Notes: generated from the sequence alone by a model not told the origin. Numbered from the whole stretch's first letter, positions 11,501-22,621 are shown. The stretch is 63,769 bases of DNA, filler included, from an uncultured bacterium (GCA_964543115.1; 4 parts of 4 records of this genome joined end to end with filler, not necessarily neighbours in it); one strand, 5' to 3'. Numbers and translations: made by a program.

Positions 11501-14500
11501 TCAGAGCGATGTTTGATGACTGGTATTATTTTGGCAAGCCGGAACAGCAGGAGTGTCCAGCGGAGGTGAAAAGGGAATTGCTGAGAGTAATGAATCTGAC
11601 AAAGGAAGAGTTTTTTATTCTCGCCCATATTATCAAACATGAACACAAAATAGATACTGATTATGACACCTTATCTTATTTGCCCAATCCCGCCAATATT
11701 TGCGGTATGAAAATTCTTTCTCCTGAGGCAATTATGGCGCTGGCGAAAATGATTGCCGAAGTGGGCAATCTTAATGCCCAGGAGGCCTGCGAAGAGAAAT
11801 ATCCCGGCGACTGGATTGACCGGCGGGATATTGAATTTGCTTTTGCTGTCTGTCAGCCGGATGATGAAAGTCCGTATAAGTTTCGCATAGCGGCGGGCAA
11901 GGGATTTGACATGATTAGCGGCCGGCCTAATGAAGAAGAGATTTGGATTAAACTTTGTCACCTGCAGAATAGGCCGATTAATCCGGAAAAAGAGGCACAG
12001 GATCCAGATAACCTTGTTTTTGAGAAGAGAAAAGTTGATAAAAAATATGTTGAAGATAAATCTATTTCTCCAATTGCTGACGGCGGTTTAGCGGGTTTCA
12101 GTGCGGCCGAAGGTGTGGCCTACATAGTTAGTCCTGAACGCGATCTAGCGATTCAGGAAGAAGAGATTCGGGCAATGGTGGCGGCGGGAGAGAGTGTGAT
12201 TCCGGTGTTGGAAGAAATGGGACCGGAGCATGATGTAATTGTGGCAGCAGCGGGCAAGGCGGTTGTCTGGCGCGGTAATGATACTTCCCATGCCTATATC
12301 TTCAGTCTGGAACAGCGTATCCCTATTTGTATCGGGGCCAAGATGAAAGAAGGACAGCCGGCAATTGTCCGGGGCCAGCCGCTGGTGATTGATGGTGAAA
12401 ACGGCGTTGTTTACCCGGGTGATCAGGGTATTCCTATTATTGCTGATAATATTACCATTAGGATAGACATGATGCCGGAAACCAGGGCGGGATCCATTGT
12501 GGCCGATGATGCCTCGGCGGAAGAGGTGGCTAAATTGGGCGGAAAGATTAGCAGTGTGTTAACCCGGTTGGAATTTGTGATTAATCAGAAGATAAAAATC
12601 TACCCACAGGCGGCATTGGCCTATGATAATTGGCGGGGGTTGAATGCGGGAGTGATAAACGTCGGTGAATTGACAGCGGAAGAGTTGCGGGATGTGGATA
12701 TCCTTCAGGAGCGGACGGACGTTATTTATGAAATCACCATGACTATAGCGGGCTTTGGCAGTGCAACGGAATTTGTTACGGAAAAGATGCGTTATCTGGC
12801 CAATAAATTCGGGGCGATCTTTCCGTTGGGAAACAAGATGCGTGATTATGATAATAAGGAAAAAGAGGCACTGATGTATGGTTTAATTGGGGCCGGACTA
12901 TTTTTACGTTATGACGATACAGATCCGCGGTTTGATTCACCACTGGTGGGCATGCGCGGCTCTGCCTTAATGGCTGACCGCCATTTTGAAAAATGTTTCC
13001 GGCCATTGCGCCGCGGGATCATCAGATCTATCAAGGATGGTTTTCGTAATAATAGTTTCTTTTTTGTTTTTCTACGTACACCGGAAGAATTACGAAGTCA
13101 ATTAGAGGATCTGGAAAAATTATGCCAAGAAGAGGGAGTCTATCCGGAGGAATTAGGGGTAATGATTGAGGTACCCAGCGCGGTTTGGCAGATTGAAGAG
13201 TTTTTTGATTTGTTTGATGAATTTAAAGCGAGAAATCCGCAGATTAAGGAACTGTTTATATCTTTTGGCACCAACGATCTGGCGCATTTGCTGGCGATGA
13301 ACAGCCGTGAGGATAAGGATTTTACCGATCAGTTGCTGGTTGAGGATCCTGTGTTGTTAACCGAACCTAGGGGCCGGATTATGATTGAAGAAGGAGTGGA
13401 GTTTGGCCCGGAAGAAGAGGGCCAACCCTGGCGCCTGCAGATAGATGATGAGAGCGCGACAGCCGTACTACGCTCCATTGAGCATGTTTCCGCGGTGGCT
13501 AAGAGAAGGGGGTATAAACGCAGTCTTTGCGGTCAGGCAATTACTCTGGCCCTGAATAAGGGTAACACTGCGGTAGCCCGGCGGCTGATGAGCGCGCTGG
13601 ATAGTTTTGGTACCCAAACCACCAATGCTGTCGCGGCTGCCATGCTTGATTTTGATGCGCGTTCTGCTTTACGGGATGTGAGCGTAGACGGTGATCCGCA
13701 AGTAGTGGCGGAATTCACTCAGGTCAGTGAAGAAGGTGCGCTTACCGGAGAATTGGTTTTTATTAATGAAAACAGTGATCTAGTAAAATTACGCCAGGGA
13801 GAGATTAAGGATAAGATAGTTGTAATTAATGCAGCATTAGCTGCCCGGGAAGATTTTGAGCAGGAGCTCATTCCCTGGGACTATCTGCGTTATGCACGTG
13901 CCATCCTAATTAATGAAGATTTAGCAGATCCCGGAGCGATTTTTACTGAAGATGCGGTAATTGGGGGACGGATCAAGGGAAAGATAAAGCTGTTGGCCGG
14001 GGCCCGGGAAGGAGAGCTGGTTACTGTTGATTACCGTAATGGCCGGGTTTATCAGGGAGAATTAGAGTTGGTAGAAACACTTGTTAATTTAGAGGAAATT
14101 AGCTCTGCAGAGGCTGAAGATGTAAAGACAGAAATAATTGTTGAGCACAATGCTGCTGATATTTTTTATGGTGAAGAGGCGAAGGTGGGAATTCATCCTC
14201 TGGCTTTTGTTCTTTACGCGGAGGGTAAGCTGGACAATGGGGAGTTTAAGAAACAGCTGGAGGAACTCGTAGAAGGAAAGACTGAGGAAGAATTGTCCCG
14301 TTTTCAAGAAGAAGTATTGGGAAGCCTAACCGTTGATGAATTTGTTGAATATCTGAAGTCATTAGTGGTGGAAAGCCTGCAGCCTTTTGAAGACGTGGAT
14401 CAATACTTGGAATTTCTTTTTTATCAACAGCTGGAGAAAGAAGCACAGGCTGCCGGCGATAATATTGCTGTGCACACCACATTTCGTCTTACCCGCAATC

Positions 14501-16887
14501 ATTTACGTGTTCTGTTGGGCGGGGAAATAATTGAGATGACCAAAGGCAAAGAAGGGGTGCATTTTGACGATCCGCTTTACCGGTTAATGGGCGGGGCGAG
14601 AAACATCAGTGATTTTTGGCGGATCCACCGGGCGGAACTGCGCGCCTTTGCCCGGGCGCGGGAGGAACATGATAATCTTAGGCTGCAATTAACAGCCATG
14701 GGTACCAGGGCGGAAGAGGTTCTGGAATTGCAGCTTCGCGTATTGGAAGAGGAAGGAATAAATAGGGTGCAGGAAAAAATCGGCCTGCGGTTGACTACAC
14801 CGGCAGATATCCTTTATGTTGCCGATTATATCAGGCAGGGAATAGCTTTCTTTACCTTTAACAGAGACGAACTGGCAGAGGGATTGTTAGCAGCTAATCT
14901 GAATCATCCAGATCTTTTCGCGGATACCCAGGTTGAACAGGTAGAATTAGCCTTGACCAGACCATTGGCCTATGTAAGGCGCGCGATTGGGGAAACGGAT
15001 CCGGATGTTTGGTTAGCGGAACTTCCGCGCTCTTTACCGGCCAGGCCAAGACTGGCCCTGCCGGATGAAGACAGTTTTGCTCATTTACTTCCTCTTTATT
15101 TGCACCGGGCATTCCGTCAGGCACTGGTGGAAAGTGATCTCTTGCCTGATTGGACAGAAAGCACGGTTGATAAAAGAATAACCCGCCTTGCTTATACTAC
15201 CCGCCGGGGAAATATTCATGTTGCCGAAGGCCGGGCCAATAGTATTGCCGCTAAAATAATGGCGGACACGCTTTCCGCTATACTGACGGAAAAGGCCCGT
15301 CAGGCCGGCACAATTGCGGGAGATAAAAAGATTATTAAAACATATAATGATGTAATAGAGATTCTAGAGGTACATGAAAATGTTCATCGGAAAATAAAGA
15401 AGAGAGAAGAGGATTTTCAAGTGTTGCGTGATCAGCTTATTGCCCGGCTGGAAACAGTAGATGATAACTGGGTCACTACTGCCGGATTGGAAGGGATTCT
15501 CGGTTTGAACAACAGCGTGGAAGACAAATTAAATAATCTGCTTTGCAGTTTTGCCCGTAATTATGGGTATCTTTATAATTATCCGCAGTATAAGAACATA
15601 GCAAGTAAAAATTACCGCCTGCCGCTTAGATTACAATTAAAACTATTAGAAGAGTTGGCGGTTCATCAGGTAATCGAATTTCGTCACTTTAAGCAGTCTG
15701 TCAGCCTGCTGCCGCTTAATTTTACTGATGCAGACAAGAACCGAGTGGGTATGGCGTCAGGAATGGAAGATATAATTGAATTAATTAATAAGTATATGTT
15801 TGAGACACGTGCACTGCCCATGGATACCGTTGCCTTTATATCATATACATTTGATGAAGAGTATCTCACTGCACGTGAAAGAAGAATTAATGGTAAAAAT
15901 CTTACGGTAAGAAAGGACACAGTGGACATCAGGACATTACAGCCCACGCATCCCGTTGAATATCCTTCCTACCGGGCAAAGGTGAGGATACGGGAGATCA
16001 GTGAGGGAAGGATGTCTCCGTTGTATATCTGGGAAGAAAACGGTGTAAAATATATTCTCAATGGGCACGGCCGCTCTGCTGTTGCTCTCAGACTAGGGGC
16101 ATACCACCAGCCGGCAATTATCGTTAGGCCAACCGGCCCGGTTGATTACAATCCGGTAGAGGGAATGCGGGAGACCATGCGTCAGGACGGTAACCTGACC
16201 CTGCGTGATCTGCGGGTAGTTATGCCCGATAAGGATGAAGTGGAAGATCCGGGAAATTTTGTCCGACAAAGTATTGCGGATTTGAAATATCCTGCGCAGC
16301 TGGCAGCTGACAGTCAGGGGCGCATATATTGTTTAGATGCCCAGACAGGATTACATGTATTGCAGACAGATTCCGGAGACGCTCATTACCGGGTTAAAAA
16401 TATTAATTATCTGACCGCAAGGCTAAAGAAAGAATTGCCGGGAGAAAATAATCAGGCAAAACAATTGGCTGTTGATAGTAAAGGTGATCTATATTTGCTG
16501 ATAGATTCCTGGGTGCCCAAGCAGCCATTTGGCATGGATATCAAACAATGTATTTGTGTTTTATCGCCTGACCTTGCGCTGAAATCTGTTATTGTAGAAC
16601 CTGTTACGGGAATTAGCGGTTTAAAGGAAATTGATAGTCAGGGAAATATCTACCTTACTACGCATGCCGGGGAAGTAACGGTTATTGACAGCAACGGTAA
16701 ACTGCTTAACGTTATTGAACAGAGGGAAATGAGAGACCCGGCCCAAGTACGAATCGCGGATAATGGCTTAATTTATGTGCTGGCCAAGCGTGTTACAGGC
16801 CGGAGGCCGGCAATCTTTGTTTTTGATCAAAACGGTCAGTTAATCAGAGATTTTGAGGTGCCGCTAAGTAATCCAGCATACCTTGCC
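8554..16887 (+). CDS. Giant multidomain protein (>2777 aa, 3'-truncated): signal peptide, PEP synthase/PPDK-like module, degenerate second copy, HExxH, ParB-like domain, NHL repeats
   Basis: GTKCAKL..GIPNPVGFNIT, RDIEFA, LQNRPIN, GNDTSHAYI, GVMIEVPSA, SFGTNDL, LCGQA (PpsA-like); HENVH; YILNGHGRSAVA; YPAQLAADSQGRIY; runs into the contig end. Confidence 0.85.
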
Positions 16888-16987
16888 NNNNNNNNNNNNN
16901 NNNNNNNNNNNNNNNNNNNNNNNNNNNNNNNTTAATTAATTAANNNNNNNNNNNNNNNNNNNNNNNNNNNNNNNNNNNNNNNNNNNN
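16888..16987. other. Artificial contig spacer (44N-TTAATTAATTAA-44N)
   Basis: Six-frame stop linker at 16932-16943 flanked by N runs. Confidence 0.97.
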
Positions 16988-17062
16988 AAGGTTGATAGGC
17001 CCCGCGTGTAAGTCCAGTAATGGATTCAGCTAAGGGGTACTAATTGGTCAATCGGCTTGATC
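16988..17062 (+). rRNA. rrl: 23S rRNA, 3' end (partial)
   Basis: GTTGATAGG..GTGTAAG..CAGTAATG..TTCAGCTAA..GGTACTAAT....GGCTTGATC matches the conserved 3' terminus of bacterial 23S. Confidence 0.9.
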
Positions 17063-17151
17063 ACTTATTCACTTACTTAATAGTGGCTATATGTAGTTGT
17101 TGTTTTAATTTAAATTAAACGGTAATCAATAATTAGTGATTACTGTATATT

Positions 17152-17263
17152 TCCTGGTGACCATAGCGAAGAGGCCACACCCGTTCCCATTCCGAACACG
17201 GCAGTTAAGCTCTTCAGCGCCGATGGTACTTCTTAAAAGAGGGAGAGTAGGACATTGCCGGGT
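17152..17263 (+). rRNA. rrf: 5S rRNA
   Basis: CCTGGTGACCATAGCG..CACACCCGTTCCCATTCCGAACACGGCAGTTAAGC..CAGCGCCGATGGTACT..GGAGAGTAGG..TTGCCGGG. Confidence 0.95.
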
Positions 17264-17273
17264 TTTTTTACAG

Positions 17274-17311
17274 ATCCTAGATCCTGGTGGATTCCGGGAT
17301 CTAGGATTTTT
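17274..17311 (+). terminator. Stem-loop followed by T-tract after 5S (probable rrn terminator)
   Basis: ATCCTAGATCCTGG-N6-CCGGGATCTAGGAT-TTTT, 14-bp stem with one G-U pair. Confidence 0.6.
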
Positions 17312-17326
17312 ACAGTAGATAGAATA

Positions 17327-17773
17327 ATGAAATCGACAAGATTTGTAAAAAAAGAAGAATGTGATAAAAAGTGGTATTTAGTTGATGCCCAGGATAAGGT
17401 TTTGGGGCGGCTGTGCAGCAATGTTGCCAGCATCCTTAGAGGTAAACATCAACCTACCTATACCCCCAATACTGATACCGGTGACTATGTAGTGATCATT
17501 AATGCCAGTAAGGTGAGATTGACAGGAAAGAAATCGCAGACAAAAAGCTATCAACGTTATTCCGGTTATCCCAGTGGTCAGAAAATAGAGGACTATACTC
17601 ACCTGTTGGCTAAGAAACCTGAAAAGATTATCACTCATGCCGTTAAAGGTATGCTGCCGCATAATAAATTGGGCCGGGCCATGCTGAAAAAACTTAAGGT
17701 TTGTGCCGGACCAGAACATCACTATCAGGCACAAAAACCGGAATTAATTACCATAGTTAAGGAGAGGACATGA
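17327..17773 (+). CDS. rplM: 50S ribosomal protein L13
   Basis: KWYLVDAQDKVLGRL..GKHQPTYTPNTDTGDYVVIINA..VKGMLPHNKLGR; start moved to ATG 17327. Confidence 0.97.
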   Translation: MKSTRFVKKEECDKKWYLVDAQDKVLGRLCSNVASILRGKHQPTYTPNTDTGDYVVIINASKVRLTGKKSQTKSYQRYSGYPSGQKIEDYTHLLAKKPEKIITHAVKGMLPHNKLGRAMLKKLKVCAGPEHHYQAQKPELITIVKERT

Positions 17774-18165
17774 CCGATATTTCTTATTACTCTGCTACTG
17801 GCCGAAGAAAAACCGCTATTGCCCGGGTGCGCATGGCGCTTGGTAAAGGAGAAATAAAAGTAAATCGCCGGGATATGGACAACTATTTCTGTAATGAAAA
17901 CTATATCAGAACGGTTCAACGTCCGCTCAAGCTAACCAATAATCTCAATAAATATGATATAGCGGCTATCCTGAATGGCGGTGGTCTTTCCGGTCAGGCT
18001 GAAGCCATGAGCCTGGGTATTTCCCGCGCGCTTATCGAGATTGAACCAACCCTGCGTCCGGCATTGAAGAAGGCCGGCCTGCTAAGGCGTGACCCTCGCG
18101 GTAAAGAGCGTAAAAAATGCGGCCAACCGGGTGCCCGCAAACGCTTCCAGTTCTCCAAACGTTAA
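17770..18165 (+). CDS. rpsI: 30S ribosomal protein S9
   Basis: ATGRRKTAIARV..GGGLSGQAEA..RDPRGKERKKCGQPGARKRFQFSKR. Confidence 0.98.
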   Translation: MTDISYYSATGRRKTAIARVRMALGKGEIKVNRRDMDNYFCNENYIRTVQRPLKLTNNLNKYDIAAILNGGGLSGQAEAMSLGISRALIEIEPTLRPALKKAGLLRRDPRGKERKKCGQPGARKRFQFSKR

Positions 18166-18276
18166 TCCTACGTTTAATTGAAAGATTCATGCAATTTAAA
18201 CCTTACGAATTTTCCTGTCTCATTTCTCTCTATCATCTTTTATTTAAGTAGGTTACGAGATAATTCCATTCATTTC

Positions 18277-18305
18277 TTGACATTATTTCTACTATTATAT
18301 ATAAT
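18277..18305 (+). promoter_or_regulatory. Consensus sigma-70 promoter for the ABC/glycosidase operon
   Basis: TTGACA (18277-82), 17 bp, TATAAT (18300-05). Confidence 0.8.
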
Positions 18306-18346
18306 CTTTTTTTATTCATTTTATTAATATATATATAAATATAATA

Positions 18347-19696
18347 ATGAGGAATAATATGGCTGCCATGGTTGTCACCAAGTTGCTGATTAGTAAAAAA
18401 GGATTATTTTTGGGAGTGACATTACTTATGTCACTTTTTTTGTTTTTAGGGGCTGGTTGTGGTAAGAAAGCAGTAGAAACCAACAAGGTTATTGTCTGGC
18501 ACTGGATGACAGACAGGCAGGAAGCGTTTGAAGGATTGGCAACAAAGTATAAAGAGCTTACCGGGATTGATGTTCAATTTGAATTATCTGCTCCTTCTCA
18601 ATTATATGAATCCAAGGTTCGGGCAGCAGCACAGACAAAGACGCTACCGGATATTTTTGGTGTTTTGGGAGAAACCAGGGATTTTGCCAGTTTTATTGGG
18701 GCGGGGCACATTACTGATTTAACTGCCGAGATGGAGGCAAATGGCAATCAATGGAAAAATGAATTTTTCCCCAAGGCCCTGGAGAACATCAAGTTTTTGC
18801 CGGGAAATGAATATAAAATTAAACCGGGGCTTTATGGTGTGCCAATTGATGTAACTAATATTCAGTTGCTTTATAATAAGGATATTTTCAATCTGGTGGG
18901 CTTAGATGCCGACAACCCGCCGCAGACCTGGGATGAGTTTGTTGCTGCTAGTAAAAAAATACAGGAGGGTGGATACCAGGTGTTGATTGGCGGCTTTGGG
19001 GAAACCTGGATGTTGGATTGTTTGGCAAGCGATTTTGCCTGGAACCTGATTGGCCGGGCTGGAATTATTGACACGATTAAAGGAGAGATGCCCTATACCC
19101 ATCCGGAGTGGATAGAAGTTTTCGGTTTATTTGAGACTATGTATAAGAAAAAGTTAATTGCCACTGGTGCGGTAACCATGGTGAACAAGGTTGCTGAGCA
19201 GAATTTTGCTAATGAGAAAGCGGCAATTGCCTTTAATGGTTCTTGGTGCGTGAATGTGTATCATAGTATGAATCCCCAGCTTAATTATGGGGTAATGTTG
19301 CCGCCAGAGGTTTCTGATAAACATCCCCGGGCTATCTGGGGTGGGGCGGGATCCAGTTTTATGGTTAATTCTAATAGCCCGATGAAACAAGCGGCAATAG
19401 ATTTTCTTAAGTGGATAACTGCGGTTCCTCAGCAGGTGTTTTTGGCTGAACAAACACGTAATTTGCCGTCAAACAAGAATAGCCTAAAGGAAATCCCTCC
19501 GGTGCTCAGTCAGTTTGTTGATGATATGAATTTAGTTGTTCATCCCCGTCAATTGCCGGTAACAGAATTTTCTACGGTGATTGAGGCCTTTGATAAGGGA
19601 ATTCAGAGTATTCTTATTGGAGAAAAAACTCCCAAGCAAATTGCCGAGCACATACAGGCAGTTAAGGAGAGGGAACTAAAAAGAGCAAAGAGATAG
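18347..19696 (+). CDS. Carbohydrate ABC transporter substrate-binding lipoprotein (CUT1)
   Basis: Lipobox GAGC; LPDIF, YGVPIDV..LLYNKDIF, PQTWDEF, F.NEKAAIAFNGSW; exact start uncertain (18347/18359). Confidence 0.9.
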   Translation: MRNNMAAMVVTKLLISKKGLFLGVTLLMSLFLFLGAGCGKKAVETNKVIVWHWMTDRQEAFEGLATKYKELTGIDVQFELSAPSQLYESKVRAAAQTKTLPDIFGVLGETRDFASFIGAGHITDLTAEMEANGNQWKNEFFPKALENIKFLPGNEYKIKPGLYGVPIDVTNIQLLYNKDIFNLVGLDADNPPQTWDEFVAASKKIQEGGYQVLIGGFGETWMLDCLASDFAWNLIGRAGIIDTIKGEMPYTHPEWIEVFGLFETMYKKKLIATGAVTMVNKVAEQNFANEKAAIAFNGSWCVNVYHSMNPQLNYGVMLPPEVSDKHPRAIWGGAGSSFMVNSNSPMKQAAIDFLKWITAVPQQVFLAEQTRNLPSNKNSLKEIPPVLSQFVDDMNLVVHPRQLPVTEFSTVIEAFDKGIQSILIGEKTPKQIAEHIQAVKERELKRAKR

Positions 19697-19768
19697 TGTT
19701 TCAATTTTGGGTTGTAGATTGAGGATTTCGGATTCTTATCTATTTAATGGCTTATAAAGGCAAGAGGT

Positions 19769-20653
19769 ATGCGTTATAAAGTTAAAGGTATATTAGAAAA
19801 TTACAGTTTCATTCTTCCTGCCTTACTGATGTTTTGTGTTTTCAGTGTCTATCCTTACTTTAAGGTGATTCAGTTAAGTCTGTTTAAATGGGATGGGATT
19901 GCTGCTGCTGGAGAATTTATTGGTCTGCGGCATTTTAAAGATATTTTTCTCTACGACTGGGTTTGGTGGCAGTCCTTGCTGCAGGCCGGTTATATTACTT
20001 TATTGGCCCTTGTTGTGCAAAATGGGTTGGCCTTGATCCTGGCCATAGCAGTAGCGCGGGAAATGCGCACTGGTAATATTTACCGGGTAATCTTTTTTAT
20101 CCCTCCGGTTCTTTCCGGAATCGTGGTTGGACTTATTTGGAACTGGATCTACAACGGTGATTATGGATTTTTGAATTATGTGTTTAGGGTGCTGGGTTTA
20201 GGAAATCTTCAGCGGGCCTGGTTAGCTGATCCCAAAACCGCGCTTACGGCAGTGGCGGTTATTCATATGTGGAAAGGGCTTGGCTGGGGCTTTATTGTTT
20301 TGTTAGCTGGATTGCAGGGTATTCCGGAAGAGCTTTATGAAGCCGCCCGGGTAGATGGGGCGGGTTCTTGGCACCGGTTTAGGCAGATTACCGTTCCTTT
20401 AATGATGCCGGTTTTCTTTTTGGTTTCCATTTTAACTATCCTTGGTACGATGCAGATATTTGACATTATTTATTCAACAACTTATGGCGGGCCCGGGTAT
20501 CATACAGAGGTGCCGATAACAAGAATATTCTTTTCCATGCGCCGCAGTAGCCAGTATGGATATGCCTGTGCGCAGGGAATAGTATTTGGCGTAATTTTAC
20601 TGGTTGTTTCAATTGCGCAGTTACGGCTATCAAAGAAAACACAGCATGGTTGA
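19769..20653 (+). CDS. Carbohydrate ABC transporter permease
   Basis: EAA motif LQGIPEELYEAARVDGAGSWHRFRQITVP; multiple TM helices. Confidence 0.93.
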   Translation: MRYKVKGILENYSFILPALLMFCVFSVYPYFKVIQLSLFKWDGIAAAGEFIGLRHFKDIFLYDWVWWQSLLQAGYITLLALVVQNGLALILAIAVAREMRTGNIYRVIFFIPPVLSGIVVGLIWNWIYNGDYGFLNYVFRVLGLGNLQRAWLADPKTALTAVAVIHMWKGLGWGFIVLLAGLQGIPEELYEAARVDGAGSWHRFRQITVPLMMPVFFLVSILTILGTMQIFDIIYSTTYGGPGYHTEVPITRIFFSMRRSSQYGYACAQGIVFGVILLVVSIAQLRLSKKTQHG

Positions 20654-21519
20654 GCCTCAACCAAAACAAAATTAAGATGATTGATCAGTATCGGTTAAAG
20701 AAAAATATTACATCTATTTGTATTCATGCCGTTCTTCTAGCGGTAGCGGCAACATGCCTTTTCCCTCTGCTTTGGACGTGCTCCAGTGCCTTAAAAACCC
20801 AGGAGACGGTGTTCAGCTCTATGAGTATTATTCCACAAAATCCGCAATGGCATAATTTTGTTATTGCTTGGGTGGAGGGTAAACTTGGCATTTATTTTCT
20901 TAATTCGGTTATTTATACGGTAACGGTTGTTGGCAGTATTGTAATGATTTCTTCTTTAGCGGCCTTTGCTTTTTCTAAGTTGAAATTCTGGGGTAGTCAG
21001 GCGTTTTATTTTATTTTTCTTTCTACAATGATGATCCCCGTTCCGGCGGCTTTTGTCCCTCTTTTTGTTTTGATTAACAAATTTCACTGGGTAGATACCA
21101 GAATGGGATATATTTTTCCGCTGATCAATGCCGGTTTGGCCCTGGGAATATTTTTATTAAAGACATTTTTTGATAAAACCCCATCGGAATTGGAAGATTT
21201 TGCCCGCATCGATGGCTGCAGTAAATTAGGTATTTACTGGCATATTGCCTTTCCCCTGGCCAGGCCCGCGATTGCCGTGGTGGTGATTTTTAGTACCTTA
21301 ACTGTTTGGAACGAGTTTTTCTGGGCCAATCTGGTATTTAATTCTTATAAGTTAATGCCGCTGCAGCGCGGCCTGATGAAGTTTCACGGCCCGCATTTTA
21401 CCGATTATCCGATTCTGATGGCCGCCATTCTGATTACGGTCATCCCGATAATTATTGTGTATCTGCTTATGCAGAAATACATTATCAAGGGCATCGCCAC
21501 TGGTGCTTTAAAGGGCTAA
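20650..21519 (+). CDS. Carbohydrate ABC transporter permease
   Basis: PSELEDFARIDGCSKLGIYWHIAFPLARP; MQKYIIKGIATGALKG C-terminus. Confidence 0.93.
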   Translation: MSLNQNKIKMIDQYRLKKNITSICIHAVLLAVAATCLFPLLWTCSSALKTQETVFSSMSIIPQNPQWHNFVIAWVEGKLGIYFLNSVIYTVTVVGSIVMISSLAAFAFSKLKFWGSQAFYFIFLSTMMIPVPAAFVPLFVLINKFHWVDTRMGYIFPLINAGLALGIFLLKTFFDKTPSELEDFARIDGCSKLGIYWHIAFPLARPAIAVVVIFSTLTVWNEFFWANLVFNSYKLMPLQRGLMKFHGPHFTDYPILMAAILITVIPIIIVYLLMQKYIIKGIATGALKG

Positions 21520-21629
21520 AAGTTATTTGGAATAAAAAATAGACTATATACGTCAAATTATACAGTGAACATTCTGTTGTGTTGTGGGTTGCGGGTTGTC
21601 CGAAATCCCAAAATCGAGAGGAGGTTGTT

Positions 21630-22586
21630 ATGAAGTTGTTGGTTGCGTTGTTGATGGTTGTTTCATTAGGCTTAAGTTCTGGTTTATTTGCTGAAGCACA
21701 ACAGGCTGCTGCTGAAGCACAGAAACCTGCTGCAGTTGAAGGTGGTCGGGAGTATAATTATGGTGATTTCAGCTCACAGACGCTGGCAACCAATGCCTGG
21801 CAGGCCTTGGATGTTAAGGACTATGATGCTGTTTATGCTTATACTAATAAGTGTATTGAGCTTTATCGCGGTAAGGCGGCAGCCATGCAGGCGAGTTTAA
21901 ATGATTTTGCTCAGAAAGGAACAGAATTTGATTATTGGGCATTAAACGATGTTGGTACCTGTTATTTGATTAAAGGTAATGCCTTGATGGAGCAGGGGAA
22001 GGCTGAAGAGGCGAAACAGTGTTACAATACCGTTATTAATGATTTCAAATATGCGCAATGTTGGGATCCCAAGGGCTGGTTCTGGAAACCGGCGGATGCG
22101 GCCAAGGATAAATTGGAATTGATTGAATTAGGACAAAAGTCCGGTAAGACCTATGATTTTGGTGATTATACTTCCATGACTTTAACGGTCAATGCCTGGG
22201 GCGCCCTTGATAAGAAAGATTATGAAGGTGTAGTGATTTACACGAAAAAGTGTAGTGACCTTTATGAAGCGGAAGCGCAGAAACAACAGAGTGAGCTAAA
22301 GGAATATGCGACTAAAGATAAGGCTTTCAATTTTTGGGCCCTGAACGATGTTGGTACCTGTTATTTTATTATGGGTGAGGCCCTGCTGGCCGAAGGTGAT
22401 GCCTTGAAGGCCCAGGGAAAATTAGCAGAGGCGAAAAAGAAGTTTTCGGAGGCAAAAAAAGCTTATAGCACAATTATTGATAAATACAGTTTCGCGCAGT
22501 GCTGGGATCCGCGTGGCTGGTTCTGGAAGCCGGCGGTTGCTGCTCGGGGTAAGATTAATAAATTGATTGCTGAAGAAGGAATCTAA
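21630..22586 (+). CDS. Secreted helical (TPR-like) protein with two tandem copies of a WALNDVGTC..CWDPxGWFWKP domain
   Basis: RBS GGAGG then ATG 21630; signal peptide; internal duplication visible in protein; no GH catalytic motif seen. Confidence 0.75.
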   Translation: MKLLVALLMVVSLGLSSGLFAEAQQAAAEAQKPAAVEGGREYNYGDFSSQTLATNAWQALDVKDYDAVYAYTNKCIELYRGKAAAMQASLNDFAQKGTEFDYWALNDVGTCYLIKGNALMEQGKAEEAKQCYNTVINDFKYAQCWDPKGWFWKPADAAKDKLELIELGQKSGKTYDFGDYTSMTLTVNAWGALDKKDYEGVVIYTKKCSDLYEAEAQKQQSELKEYATKDKAFNFWALNDVGTCYFIMGEALLAEGDALKAQGKLAEAKKKFSEAKKAYSTIIDKYSFAQCWDPRGWFWKPAVAARGKINKLIAEEGI

Positions 22587-22621
22587 GGATTCCTAATTTC
22601 TAATTCCTATTTGATCTAAAA

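Noticed and set aside
17136..17326. ORF 17136-17318 and the N-terminal extension of rplM from 17255
   Set aside because: They overlap the 5S rRNA and its hairpin; L13 homology begins at ATG 17327.
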